64,000 bases of DNA from Eledone cirrhosa (Eukaryota). A model generated the notes under the pieces. It had not been told where the DNA came from and did no database searches. It worked only from the letters and a program-made list of their open reading frames with translations. Shown here piece by piece: positions 12,400 through 26,350 of the stretch. The stretch spans positions 73,966,001 to 74,030,000 of the forward strand of contig OZ024741.1 of assembly GCA_964016885.1 (NCBI GenBank), read 5' to 3'. A program made the translations under genes and the position numbers. How positions within the stretch are numbered: position 1 is the first letter of the stretch; each line of letters opens with the position of its first letter.

Positions 12400-15330
12400 A
12401 ATCCAACTTGCCTCGAATAACTGTTCAAGAAATTTCTATTCCACTCATTATGTGGTTAACTGTTAAACTTTGGAGTTGAGACATGTCAGCCATTGGAGTT
12501 GCTGTGGGTTGTTATTCGACAATACAAAGCTGGAGATTGAGGTGTTGCGTGTTTGATCAAACTCCGGCACAACCTAAACCCGGTTTGAAAGTCCTTGAGT
12601 CTCCATACAAAGTCTGTCAGTCTGGTGCACAATCGCTTGCTCCTATCATTAAAGGTGCCCTTGTGATTATAGTAACGGCCTTGAAGGTTGTGGATGTGGC
12701 CCTAATGTATGTGTCTGGAATTATGGGTTTGGACCTCACACTTGTAGATTGCTTTTAGTCATACAATTATTTTGTAGGGGATACTGGTTTCTGTCTCGGC
12801 AGTTACATGTTTGTGCTGTCGTTTTATGTCGGTGGTTGGTGTTGATAGTAGCCTCTAAGTGTGAACGCAGTCTGGAATTCGATCTGCCGATCAGTTCTGT
12901 GTTGTCGCTAGGGCTGTTGGTGACAGATTGCCCCATGGGGGCAATCTGTGTGTCTGTTGCTTGATGCCCTTATTTTCTTGGTGATTATAAAGGTTATTAT
13001 TTGTTCCAGGTTGGGTGTTGTTGAGTACAAGAACTTCCCTGTGTGTTGGTTAAATATCTTGTGGTAACTGTGTTGGGGTGGGTATGGTGTGGTGTGCGAT
13101 GGCCGGAGGCTGGGGAGTGCTCGACCGGAAGGGTGCTTGACCGGAAGGGTGCTCGACCGGAAGGGCCAGCAGGTCTGCCTCTCTCTAGGGTGGTCAGCGA
13201 ACGTGGTGGATGTCGGTTTTGGAGTTCCCGGTTAACGAATTGGGTTGTACGCACGTGGGAGAGGAGAAACCAGCCATTGGATTAGCGGTGCCAGCAATAA
13301 GCAGTAAGTGAAGTAGCTTTTGCTAACCACAGGAATGAAGCGTCCAAGGCCTTGAAGAATGCGGCTGGGATATTGATCTTTACATGTTTGGAAAGTGGCG
13401 CATTGTACCAAGTCACATGTTTTGATCTGGTCCTATTTTTTCTTGGATATTGAGTGATGGGAGTGTTGGTGTTGTTAGTGCCACTAATTTGATTACCATA
13501 TGGGCTGTTTCGTTCATCGCCGTTGCTGTCATTATGAGTGTTGGGGTGGCCATCTGCGCCAGTCATGGATGTGTCTGAGCATTATGTATTGATGTTGTTT
13601 GGAGGGATGTGCCTCACGTGGATATGGGTTTTTACAATGTTATTTTTTGCAATTTGGTGGTATCGCAGTTTTCCCCCACTTCATGATTCGAGGCTATTGC
13701 CTTCTGTGGTGTGTTTTAGGGTGGATTTCAGTTCTTTTGGACCTAGGTGGCTCCTGGAGTTTTTGTTGTCTGGTAGTATTGCCATGTTGGAATTCGTGTC
13801 CTGGTGGTGTGGGCTGCTTTGCTTGTGGGTTGCCACTGGTTGGTTATTGGCACAGTCTACTCTTTTCGCCTGTTATTTGGATGGCCCTTGTCTACTTAAT
13901 ATTCATGTGCGATGGTCTCCGTTAGCAATGTGATTTGTGGGATGTGTTGGGTTTTGCAATTTTTCAGTACATGACCAGTGGGTGTCGGGTGTCTAGCGGG
14001 TTTATGAGTATCGGCAATGAATCTAATTTTGTCAGCATAACCAGCACGGGCGAGTGTGGTGTTGTAGTACTTCAGCATGCTGGTTGAAGATCTCCTCATT
14101 GGCCGACAAGGTGGACACTCGGTTTGATACACTGTTAACAATGAAGTTGATGATGACTCGTGGATGGTTTGATTGCCTGTTGACGTATTGCAGGCACTCG
14201 TTTTGCTTGTGGAAAGGCAGGTAAAGTCAAGTGTCGAGCTCAAGTGTCATGTTGAGGAAGCTGGTTGTCCTCGTATTAGGCTCAAATTCTAATGTCATTC
14301 CGTATGTCCTAAAGAAGTATCTAATTCTTTTTCTCATCCTATCTAGTTGACTGTCGTTTAGTCTAAAGAAGGTAAGGAGTGCGTTGTCTCTATACAATAT
14401 GCCCCCCAATACTGGGATTTCCTCCGATAGTTTGTTTAGGAGGTAAAATCCCACTAAGTCTAGTGCCAAGTCATTAGAACCCATAGTGATGTCAAAGCTG
14501 TCTTGTGTTCCCAGAATTTGCCCTTGAACTCTGAGTGTCTTTCTAGCTTCAAAGATTATGCATACTTCCCCTCTGGTTAGGCTAGAGTTGGACAGAGCCA
14601 TTATTAGGGCTTTGTTCATAAGAACAGAGGATATTGAAGAGTAGTAGAGATGTCAAATTGGATGAACCAGATATCTTGTTTCTGGTTAAGCAGTGATAAC
14701 CAGTTCATTACTTCCTGAGTGGACATCCAAAGTTTAAGCTTCAACTTGCTCTTATGGTCGAGTAGGATCCTGTCAATTATGGCTTTACTGACTTTCCAGG
14801 GGTCAGGCTTAGAGGGGCTATGTGTCTAATGGAGAGCTTAGTTCTAGAGTCTGGTTTGTGGCCCTTAACAAAAATTCTAGGAGTTCTTGGTCTATAGGGT
14901 CCAGTTCTGTCAGCCATGTTAAAGTCGGTCATTATGGTCTTGGAGGTTGCATTTATGTTTAGGTTGTCAGTGTTGGTTGTCCTATAATTTTTAAGTATCT
15001 CTTGTCTGATACATGTGCTGTATGTCTTCGAGTCCATGATGTAGAGGTTCCTGGTTTTATCGGCTGGTACAAGTATTCCTGGGCAATCCCTCATGTTGGC
15101 AACCTGTGCATCTAGCTGGTCCAAATATGGATTGGCGTAGTCTTTCTGAGCTCTGTGCTTGAATTTGTTTCTGATCCTGTCAATGATCTTACCTCCAAAA
15201 TATTCCAGTTGTGTGGTGGGTTCTTTCTAGATTTAAATTTACTCAAAATATAGGTGTTGTCTGCATCTGTTGTGTTGGAGGCATCTGTGTTGTCATATAT
15301 TCATTTATATTAAGGCGAAAAAGTGAGTCT
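12400..15330 (-). mobile_element. Degenerate Naiad-type Penelope-like element
   Basis: ILVPADKTRNLY, FDITMGS..DLVGFYLL..LYRDNALL, VTWYNAPLSKHVKINI, CNCRDRNQYPL. Confidence 0.8.
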
Positions 15331-16569
15331 TGTTACTTTGGAGTCGCCTGTTTGTCACAGGGTCATTAGATGAGTATAAATAAGGAAGACTTGGGGTGGA
15401 GGAAGAAGGATTTAATTAAGGGGTAATTATGATAGAATGGGCAGGTAGTTGTGGGGGTGTGGAAAAAGGCAATAAAGGGTAGTGGTGGATGTAGCCATAG
15501 AAAATAGTAATTTAGCCATAGAAATTTAACTGGTCAGTGGAAGGCAAGCAGGGAATGTGAATATATAAATACACATGTAAACTTAAACATAAACCTATAA
15601 ATAAGCTCATGTGCATAAATACACACGCATACTAACACATGCACATATGTGCATACACATATAGACACACACACATATGAACGCCCATACACACATATAA
15701 ACATGTGTACATATATACACATAAAATGTGTGCACACGTAAAGAAGTACATGTCAACACATAGACATGCATGCATACATACATACATACCTACAGATATG
15801 AATATGAATATACAGGTTCCAGTTCATACATAGCTATATGTGGGGGGCAGGTAGGTGTATGGGTACTGTAGTGATGGCAGGGAGAGGATGGGGGTGGCAG
15901 AGAATTAAAGAATTGGGTATGATGAAGATTATGGGAATATATAATCTATGAAAGATGGAGTGGTGGTGGGTAGGTATTGATGTTAAATAAGATATATGAA
16001 ATATAACTTATGGAAATATAACTACAATGGAGGTTAAGAATATTATGGGATTATATATGATGATAATAGTTGTAATGGTGGAGTGCTGTGTGGGTGTGTG
16101 GGTGGGTGTGCGTGCATGTTAGGTGCACATAAGGTATGACGAATAAAAGAGGTAAAGAAAAATGAAAAGTTGAAGAATGGACAATAGCAAAAATGGAATA
16201 AAAGAAATTAAAAATAGAGGAAAATTAGAAAAAATATTAGAAAATAATAGAATAAATGAAATATAATTTTTGAAAAAAATAAAAATTAAAAAATTTTTAA
16301 ATTAACTTGATTTTTATTTATTTTTTATTTTTTTGCAAATTTAAAAATGTTTAATTTATAAGTGATAATGATATGGTATGGGATTAGGTATTCTGACATT
16401 TACACAATTCGGTACACATCGTTATCTGGTGGATAATCCGTTGGGTAGTGGGTTATCTGATGTACTGTCCAGTGAGTAGATATATTTAAAGCGACACAAA
16501 CAAACTTTTGTGAGTAAGCAGGAGGACAGTGTTGATGAGGCTAGGATGTTTAATTTTTTAGTGGTATGA

Positions 16570-18120
16570 CATCTCATACCCCATCCGTTGTTGGCTTTCG
16601 CCTTTGCCACAATACTCCTAGGCCTGCCCACTCTATAGCTTCCATCAACATTGAGCACGCTGTGCCTTTTTATACAGCTGTCATCCTTCATATTCATCAC
16701 TTGTCCATAGCAAAACAATTTCCCCTCCTGCATACTGAATCTGATCCCTCTTACGCCTAATTTCTCTCTGTTTATTTATGCTTTGTTGTTCATGTATATT
16801 ACTACTGCACATGAATCAAACCATGGAAACTTCATTTCTTTCCAATCTACACAGGTCCTCTGCACACAGTGCCCAGGTCTCACTACCATGCAACATTGTT
16901 GTTTGTAAACAGGCAACATACAGTCTGCCTTTCATTTTGATGGGAAAATCTTTTGTAATTAGCAGCTGTGTAACTCTCTGAACTTTCTCTAACACGTTCT
17001 CACTCTGGCTACTGTGCTTTTGGAACACTCTCCTCCACTGCTAATTTGGTCACCCAGTTAATGGAAACTATCGACTACTTTTACAGAGCCCTCTGGGCAT
17101 TCGACCACATGTAAAACCTACATTCTTTGTTAGCCTGCCTGAGATCCCACTACATCTCTTGTGTACCCATAGTTTGCATTTGGGACATAGGATGGAATTT
17201 CTACCTACTCCTTTTCTGCACACTGAGCAAGGCCATTTCCATGAAGAGATCTGGGCCGGTTTTCCTTTCTACGTACTAAAACTTTAGTATTTGCCAAGTT
17301 GACTTAAGACCTTTTGAATCTAATCCATACTTCCAGGTTTGGAATTTCATCTCTAATTCAACTATAAATTCAGCTATAAGGGTTAGGTCATCTGCATACA
17401 GGGGTTCCCATGGGCAGCCAGTCCTGAACTCCTCCGTTATCGACTGCAGGAGGATAAAAAACAAGGGAGGGCTAAAAACTGAGCCTTGATGGACACCAAC
17501 TGGCGTGCTCAATTCTTTGCTAAAGTCATTGTTAATTCTGACTTTACTGACTGTTCCTCTATACATGGCTTGCACTGCCCTCACATGCTACTCATTTACT
17601 CCTAGTTTTCTAAGAGCCTACCAGATAATGGAACAGGGTACTCTGTCAAAATCTTTCTCCAGGTCCACAAAAGCCAAGTAGAGAGGTTTACCTTTAGCTA
17701 GGTACTTCTGCAGTTGCCTTACAAGCAAGAGAGCATCTGTAGTACTTTTATCTGGTCCAAATCCAAACTGCATCTCATCAAGGTTAACTCGTTCCCTAAT
17801 CAGCTCTGCTATAATTCTTTCTGTGACCTTCATAACCTGGTCAACTAACTTAATACCTCTATAGTTTTCTCTGTCTAGTTGTCTAGAGCATCACATTTTC
17901 CCTTGTAGCAGTTGACAATGATGCTGTTACCCCAGCCTTTGGGTATTACATCGTTTTGTATTACTTGGTTTATAATGTGAGAGACTATGATGTAGCCCAC
18001 TATTCCTGATGCTTTCAGATTCTTGGCAACTATTCTTGGGTGTCCAGGTGCCCTTTTTGTCTTCACATTCTTGAGTGCCTTATTTATTATACTATGACTG
18101 TTGCCTGCGACTGGCTGGTC
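16570..18120 (-). mobile_element. Old degenerate RTE LINE of the PHD-containing family
   Basis: ORFs 17618-17833, 17276-17584 (GVHQGSVFSP, YADDL) and 16816-17028 are homologous to the young copies. Confidence 0.85.
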
Positions 18121-18139
18121 TGAGTGAGGGATTTAAGAG

Positions 18140-18960
18140 TATTTTAGGCCTGTTTGCTATTGCCAGTATGCATATCCTTCTCAATAGCTTTGCACTGATT
18201 CTGTATCCACTCCTCTTTAGCTACCCATATTTTCTTACGTAGTTCACTGTGCACTTCATGATAATGCGCATGGGCTTCGGCACTTAAGTGTTTCTTTCCC
18301 TTTAGCTCTCTCCTCTTGTTCCATAAATCCAAGACTTCGTTTGTGACCCACAGTTGGATTTTTCTTTCATCGTTTGATAAAAACTTCTTCAGCTGTTGTG
18401 ATAAAATAAATGCCACCCCATGTTGGTGCTTCTTTTCCTCTCCAGAAAACCAGATCTTGTGTCCAACTTATTTCACCCAAACCAATCCATCTGATCTCAA
18501 ACATCCCTATGATGTTCCAGCGGTAATGTTTCAGTTCATGGATGAGTTTTTGCATTCTTCCAGGGGTGTATAAGGTACAGACGTTCCAGGTTCCTGTTGT
18601 TACTTTTTCCGATGATAGCCTGATGATATTCTTCAATTCAGTTGCTGACTTATCACATCCATCCTGAAGCAAGTTAATGGAACATGCGGTCATTATTAAT
18701 CCGGGCCTCAACCGATCTGGTATGGTGATACTTTGCTTCCTGTTTATGATCTTCTCAGTGGGCTTATAGATAACTTGGCAGTGACCATCTCCTCTCCAAG
18801 TCCTTGTTCAACAGCCAAAAAACCACTCGTGTGATGCAGACTGCCTTCGGTTTGTGCACTAGGCCATTGAGTCCATTGGTGGACCTTCCCTCCTGACCAT
18901 TATCCACTTTTGCAGATCATCCACCCAGTAGTGCAGTGCAAACACTACTCTCCCACGTGG
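18140..18960 (-). mobile_element. Decayed 5' part of another RTE LINE (APE region, internally deleted)
   Basis: TGTWNVCTLYTPGRMQKLIHELKHYRWNIIG; WVTNEVLDL..KEEWIQNQCKAIEK. Confidence 0.7.
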
Positions 18961-19049
18961 TTTAGTCTGCAGGGTGTGAGATGTGGAGTCAACACATGAA
19001 TCTATAAATCAATTTTTACTTAAGACTTTTCATTCTCAAAGAGATAACT

Positions 19050-20640
19050 GTTTTCTTATGAAAATCATGGTCTTGCAGTCAATACCACATCCTCATACAT
19101 ACATCATTTGTTTGTTTGCTCTTTACAAAAATTTCTTTCAAACAACTTGTACTTATTGTTTTTTTTATCAAATGTTGATATGCCAAGAATTCTATCACTA
19201 TCACTTTGATTGCTCCAGCCCCTTTTAATATTTTACATCCTTCTAATATTCGTTTTTCCTTGCTCTGCTTAGTACACGCGATGGGCAAGTGGTGCAAATT
19301 TTATAGTTGTTGCAACTGGAACCCATATTCTCACCACCATTTAAGCAATTGCTTTAATACAATACATCAAAGTTCGAAGCAAAAGAACACAATTTTAATT
19401 TTTCTTGATCTTTGCTGATTTGTAGAAACAACTTAATAATATCATCTAATGCTTCAATTTCAAGGCTCTTCTCTGCAATAGTTTAAACTTTCCTGGGTCC
19501 AAGCAGGATAAATCTTTATACAATTGTTTTTGTTGTACAATGTGTGATTCTAGTAACTAGATAATGCGATCCTTTAAGTTGAATACATTTACTCGAAAAT
19601 CAGCTAGAGATTCTGAGGAATTTCCTTCATTAACAAGCTCATCTGCCATTCATTTTTTTCCCCTGTCTTTTAACTGGCAATGTTGTTTCCAAAGTATCAA
19701 TTTCCAATATTTGATTTTCATCCATATTCATCTGTGAAATATTGTCATTACATCTATTGACAAATTCCTAAACCTTGCTGTGAATGTTATTAAATGTTCT
19801 TGTCTGTGCCTTCAACTTTGTTGTAGCTGAACGTACCAAATTCCATTACTTGTTTGTAGATAATTTGAGTACTGACAGTGACATCATCAAAACATCCAAA
19901 TATAGTTGTTTACTAAATTAGACTTTCTTGATCATTTGGTTTCACCAATTGGTTTTGTTTCATTTTTACTTGTCCTAGATGTTTTCCAACAACTTCTACC
20001 CATACAACCATTCTCTTGTATCAAGCCTTTACAAAAGTTGCTAAATTCTGGAACAAATTGAAAAAAGAAACTGCAGATATACATTTCGTTGTTTCAGTTA
20101 TCACCAAATTCAAGACATTGGCATACCACCATATTTGAACATGTTGATCTGCCACATCAGAAATTTTACTTTGTAAACCATTATACTGCCTATGGGAGCT
20201 TGCAACACCATCTGTGTTATCAGATAAATATTTCTTGGTCAATTTTAAAATGCTGTAGCATTAGTCACTAGATCAAAAAGTCCCTGTCCTGTACAATCAT
20301 TACTTGGCACAACTGAAAGTAGTCACTCACAGATAACGCCTTTAAGCACATACCGAATAACAATGCTAAACTGATCGATGGATGAATTATCTTGTGTTGA
20401 ATCAACCTAAATAGAATAATATATTGCTTGAGAAACTTCATGACCAATTCCTTCTTGTATCATATTCTTCATAATTTTGATTAACATGTTAATAGATTTT
20501 GCTCCAGTATGTAACAAGTTCACCACGGATTTTACTTTGAGACTTTCCTTGCTGTTCTAATTGTTTGGTTCTTTGTCCAGACTTGTTTTACACTGCAGAA
20601 AGGTGAGCTGTCATAATGACGTCATATCAAAAGTATAAAT
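19050..20640 (-). mobile_element. Decayed hAT transposase (DUF4371/ZMYM1-like)
   Basis: Minus-strand YYSI*VDSTQDNSSIDQFSIVIRYV, DGVAS..GLQSKI, IWWYANVLNLVI. Confidence 0.7.
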
Positions 20641-20745
20641 ATCTTGTAGAGGTATAACCAATTTATGGGACATCAACCTTATAGTAAAGTAAAAATATGA
20701 ATATCTTTCTTTATCCCTTTGTGAAATATACACATCCACCGACTA

Positions 20746-20755
20746 GCTATCTCTA

Positions 20756-20790
<35 letters not shown>

Positions 20791-20817
20791 CTATCTATCT
20801 ATTTATCTATCTATCTA
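20746..20817. repeat. (TC)n/(TATC)n tract at the left edge of the nest
   Basis: Visible; directly 5' of the full-length Tx1 element. Confidence 0.9.
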
Positions 20818-21036
20818 TTCTCTTTACGATGGACACATGTGCTGAGCTCGCTCGGTAAGTTTTGTTTAAATTCATCCGGAAATTGTAAACTGTGAACTTT
20901 CATTTTTGTACCATTTTGTAGAGGGACTGCCAGGTCAAACTTTGATCTGGTCAGTCTCTCAAAATATTCTACGCCTTTAGGCGAAATAGTTAAACAAAAA
21001 AGTTTTTTCTTGTTGAAAAGTCAATATTTTTTTTAA

Positions 21037-22881
21037 ATGGCCGAAGCTTCTTCACCAAAATTCGAAGGAGGAAAGGGGAAGATAAACTTACAGCTTGACC
21101 TCTGCTACTGTGACAGTGGCAAGAAAGGTCAGCCAGAGGAAGAATTCTCTCCACCTGTTAACAGACAACTTGACGTTGCCATGGCAACAACCCAAAGAAC
21201 CAGCGGCACCAGCAACAACAACAATGCGACGGACGAAAACAACACCAATAACAATAACAAGACCAATAACTGTGACAACAACAACAATAACACCACCAAC
21301 AACACAAACAAACAAAATTTCTCCTTCGCCGAGACAAGGAAAACCCTCGACTATCTGCCAGTAGATATAACCAAAGCGAAGGAGCTACTGGCAGATGCGA
21401 AAAAATATATAGTGTACGGGGAAAATGGTTCATTCACAATCCATCCCCCCCCCCCCCGGAACTAAAAAGCCAGAGACTCCTAAACACGGTCATGTTTAGG
21501 ACAATCTCAAATAAAAGTAAAAAACCGGCTCAACCATCACAGAGTGAGATAGAGCTGGTTTTAAAAGACGTCATGAAGGACATCACCTTCATTCAGAAGG
21601 ATAGACTCTACGGGAGTCTATCCATTCTCATGAAGGACAGGAACACGGCAGTGAAACTGTCCATCAAACCAATCACATCCACGGCATACACCTTCTACCC
21701 TACGTACATGGGTAGAAGAACACAAAAAATAAAAATCCACACCATCCTGCCGATTATGGACATATGGTGGGTTTTGACGGGTTTCCTGGACCTGGAGGAT
21801 GACATACTGGTGTCCATGGGAAAGGCATCGGGTGACGCGTTCAGTGGAACGAGCCTCGAACTTGTAGTTCAAATGAGGCCCGAAAGGATCGCCCAGATCC
21901 CTGAACGCGTCATACTGGATGATCTAACCTTCATCAACATTACCGTTGAGGGTAGACGGCCCTCGTGTTACCTCTGCGGAACCAGAGGTCACCTGAGGGC
22001 TGTCTGTCCCCAACTTAATAAGAAAACCCCAATCCTGCCTACACCACCAACAACTGCACAACCAACACAATCACCACAACTACCACTACAAAAACAACCA
22101 CCACAGCTCAAACCAAAACAAAACAATGTCCAACCCATCCCCTCCACTCAAAAAACAAAAACAATTTCCAAAACACCCGCACCGCAAACACAACCCGAAA
22201 ATATACCCCTCCAACGCGGAAGATGACCCTAGTTCGTCGTCAGACGAGGAGGAGCACTTCCACACAATCAAAAGAAAAAAAAGAAAACACACCTCAGACA
22301 CACAAATGAAAACAACCCCTCCCCAAAATATAACACTGACACCAACACAAAAGAGCTCACAACAACAGCAAACAAAAAACACCACACAAAAACAAAAACA
22401 TGCATACACATACATAAACACAAGAAACAAAAAACTGTTAAACATTGTGTACAACAATCTAATAAAAACACAAGGGCCTAACTTCACCCAGGCAGGGGAT
22501 TTCCCCCACCTCAAAATGATTAAGGCCCTACAGGACACCTATAAAACTTTAAAAAACAATTTTAAAGAGGACGTGGGTCCCCCCTGCGTCGGGCCCATTA
22601 ACCGCGTCCTCCTAAAAAACTACCCCACCCCCTCCCCAAATACCCACACAACTCCAAGCTCCCCAACCACACAACACATTGATGCCCCTACACTTCCACA
22701 AACCACCACCCCACCCAACAACCCATCCCCCCACCCTAATGGAAATTGTGCAGCCCGATACCCGGGACGCAGAGAGGTAAGTGCCTTTTCTCTTCACCAC
22801 CAACATGGCTATGCTAAGAGTAGGCTGTTTAAATGCGCGTGGCCTAGGCTCAACTTGGAAGCAAGCAATGCTTCTAAATGA
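21037..22881 (+). pseudogene. Tx1 ORF1 (gag-like zinc-knuckle protein), frameshifted
   Basis: ORF pieces 21037-21465, 21492-22226 and 22126-22881; knuckle CYLCGTRGHLRAVC; first break falls in a poly-C run. Confidence 0.8.
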
Positions 22882-25800
22882 CCTTAGGTCACAACGTATA
22901 GATGTGATGGTTATTTGCGAGGCCCGGATCAGCAACGTGCGACAGCTGGCCCCCACCTTTGATGACTTTGATGCACGCATCTCTGTCAGCCCGGAGGTGG
23001 GGGTGGAGTTGTCGTTCTGCTGCAAAAACATCTGGGTCTCGCAACACAGGTGGTACATTTGGACCCGGAGGGTCGACTAGTGGTTCTGGACCTTGGCAGT
23101 GGTAAAGGCGGAGCGTTTAGGTTGGTAGCCGCCTACGGCCCTTTTGGGTCAATGCGGCCGGACTTCTTCCATCGTCTGGAGGCTTTTCTAGGGACGTCCT
23201 GCTCCTTGCTATTAGTGGGGGACTGGAATGGTATCCTAGATGCACGCTGGGACTACGTAGGGGCCTGTCCCGATAGAGAGGGGTGTAATAGCCTCAAAGG
23301 GTTAATTGACCTGGCCGATAGATATCGACTAGATTTTCCGACTGCGCCAACCTGGACTTGGGCAAATCGTAGCGGATCATCTAGGTCGTACCTAGATAGG
23401 TTCTTAGTTAGAATTAAGGATAAGGACTTTTTAAGTTGTCCAAAAATGCGCATGGTTGGCTATTCAGACCACAAGTTAGTGACCTGCATGATCAACCTTG
23501 ACAGAACTCATAGACAGGGACCCGGTTACTGGAAGCTCAACTTGTCCTTACCGGCAAGTAAGGCTTACAGGGACCGGATTAGCACTTTAGTTAAGGAGCG
23601 GTTGACGGGCGCCATCGTCAACAGCAGGTGGTGGGGATCTCTCAAAAGAGAGATTAGAGTAGTCTCTATAGAATTTAGTAAGGAGTTAGCCTCCAATAGA
23701 AATAGGAAGGAAAGGGAGTTGGTAGATAGTGTAGAAGAGGCAATTAGAAGCGGCGACGTGGCCAGAGTGCTAGCGTCGAGAACGGCCCTGGTCCAGTTCT
23801 TCGACGCGAAACACGAAGGCTGCATCGTCCGAAGCAAAATACGTGCTCTGGGAAACGAGGGGACCAAAGCTGTTAGCTGGGCCCGCGTGACAGAAGCCAA
23901 AAGAGGGAGCAGATCCACTATCCGGTCTTTGCAAGACCAGGATGGATGGGTGATCCTTGAACCTAAGCAGATATGCGAGGCTTTTCAAAAGCACTTTGCC
24001 GGATTGTTCGGAAGGGGCGGGGGGGCGGTTGGGGACGTGGACTTCGGTCCATACGTCGACAGCCTGCCGCGTCTCTCGGACAGGGAGGCGAAGTCCTGCG
24101 AGGAGCCAATTTCAGCCGCTGAGATAGAGGACATGCTGAGCCAATGCGGCAAAACGCAAATCCCCGGGTCTCGATGGTCTTCCATACGAACTATATCTAG
24201 CTATGCCGGACTTGTTACAGATTTTGGCCAAGGTGCTAGCAAAGAGGTTGGCGCTTCTCGTGGGCAACCTGGTGGGAGATGCGCAGACATGTGCTATCCC
24301 GTCCAGGTCCATCCACGACAACCTCCACCTCATGCGATACATCATAGAGAGGGTTGGGAACGAACCCGGCTTTGGTGGGGCCCTGATCAACTTGGATCAA
24401 TCTAAGGCATTCGATAGGGTCGACCATGGTTACCTGGATGCGGTGCTAGCGGCGGCAGTCTTCGGACCCGTTTTCAGGGGCTGGATCAATGCCATGCACA
24501 GCAGCCGCATCTGCTCTAGGGTCAAGGTGAACGGCTACCTCTCGGAGCCGTTCGAAATCGCGCGGTCCATCCGACAGGGGTGCCCTCTCTCCTCCATTCT
24601 GTATGTAATTACTCTAGAGCCACTGCTGCGGAAGTTGGAGTTGTTGCAGGGCATCCCGTTGGAACCGGGATTGCGGAAAGCGGTGTCAGCCTACGCCGAT
24701 GACGTAACAGTAATGGTGTCGACGGCCTCGGAAATCGGGGCGATCGGCACCTTACTGGAGGAGTACGAAAGGTTTACAGGGGCTAAGCTGAACCGGGACA
24801 AGTCGATCGGTCTGCAACTCGGCACGTGGAGGGGCAGATCGATGCCCTCCGATGGCGTCGTCGGGCGCTGGACAGAGGGCCCGGTGAAGTTGGTCTGGTT
24901 CGGACCAGACCTCCAGGTGGAGAAGAACTGGAGTGAGGTGACGAACAGGGTGTTTGCACTGACCCAGAAGTGGGCCGAGTGCAAACTGTCCCTGAAAGGT
25001 CGGGCGGAGGTGGCGAACACTTATATAGCATCCGTCATCTACTACCGCCTGACCGTTGTGCCTTGCCCAAGGGAAACGCTCGCCAAAATGGAGCGCGCAC
25101 TCTTCCAATTCCTTTGGAAGAAGCGGGCTCCTATGGTGAGGAGATCCATCTGCTGTCAACACCCTTCGAAAGGAGGGCTGGGGATGCCGTGGCTAATGAT
25201 ACGTAAACACGCATTAAGGCTACGGCACCTTCAGGTATTCCTCTCCGGTCAACCGGTGTGGGCTCCGTTTGTGAGGCGAGCCTTTCCCAGACTCGTTTCA
25301 CTCACCGAGCTGCAATCCTGGGTCAAGCAAAGGCCGAGAAAACTGGGCGCCTGGCACACAGTGTGCCCAGGCGCTCACGGCTCTCTGGAGGCAGACCCGG
25401 CTGTTAGTGAAGAATCCACTCGTCATTCTATAGAGGGCTGGTGGTTAGCAGGTGCAACGACGCCCTCGGAGAAGCCCTAGGCATGGAGGAAGACGAACTG
25501 GCCAACCTGTTCGGTAGGACATTCAGCCCGGGACCCATGGATAACTTCCAGAGGTCCCTGGCAATGCTACAGAAGAGCTCTGCCCGTTCGAGAAAGGCTC
25601 TACAGACACGGGCGCCCGGGTAGGGACCCATCGAAAAAGATCTGTCCCAGATGCGTGTGCGACGAGGAAACCGTTGCACACGCATTGGTACACTGCTCGG
25701 GCATTGCCAATCTGTGGGGCTATGTCGAACAACTGCTGTCAAGGGTGGGACCAATCCGGTTGACCACCGAGTCTATTGTAACGATCAAGCCGCCTCCCCT

Positions 25801-26059
25801 CTTCAAAAACGAAGGAGAGGCGGTGTTTCTGTGCGTAATAGCCATGGCGAAAGAGGTTGTATGGTGGACGCGTCTGAAAGGACTGAGGTCAGACACCTTT
25901 CTCTCTGGCCAACAACTGGTCCGTTTCTTCCGTTATCATTTCGGAAGAAGGATCAGGATGGAGAGAGAGGTGCTGCACCCCAGCCGTTTCTATGAAAGAT
26001 GGGTGAAAGTGGCGAGAATGGCCCGTGTGAATGGGCCTTCACTCTACATCAGACTATAG
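22805..26059 (+). pseudogene. Tx1 ORF2 (APE endonuclease + RT + C-terminal CCHC), frameshifted and internally deleted
   Basis: MAMLRVGCLNARGL, GDWNG, SYLDRF, SDHK, LDQSKAFDRV, RQGCPLS, YADD, CPRC..ETVAHALVHC; ~156-bp deletion near 24213 relative to copy 2. Confidence 0.9.
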
Positions 26060-26350
26060 GTGAGGAAGATGAAAGACCAAGGGAGCACCCCTTCTCTGTG
26101 CTCCTGAGGAGAAGGGTTGCACACTTTTTTCGGGGGTGTGTGCGACCCCCCAAGGCGCCTCCTCTCTATTGAGGACTTTGTTATAAATTTTATTTTTTGT
26201 TATATTTTATTTTATTTTTATATATTGTTATTGCCTCCTCCTTATTGAGGACGCCTTGTTTTGTAAACTCCCCCCATTGTACTTGTCCCACTTTTGATGC
26301 CCTGGTGGCAAATAAAAGAAACATATCTATCTATATCTATCTATCTATCT

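Larger units (their letters stand above)
20818..26350 (+). mobile_element. Apparently full-length Tx1/L1-clade LINE (copy 1), defective
   Basis: 5'UTR, gag-like ORF1, APE-RT-CCHC ORF2, hairpin-rich 3'UTR, AATAAAAGAAAC followed by a (TATC)n tail. Confidence 0.92.

Noticed and set aside
15400-16420. Low-complexity CA/TA-rich and A-rich region with a short ORF
   Set aside because: No recognisable structure or coding signal; likely decayed PLE UTR or simple sequence
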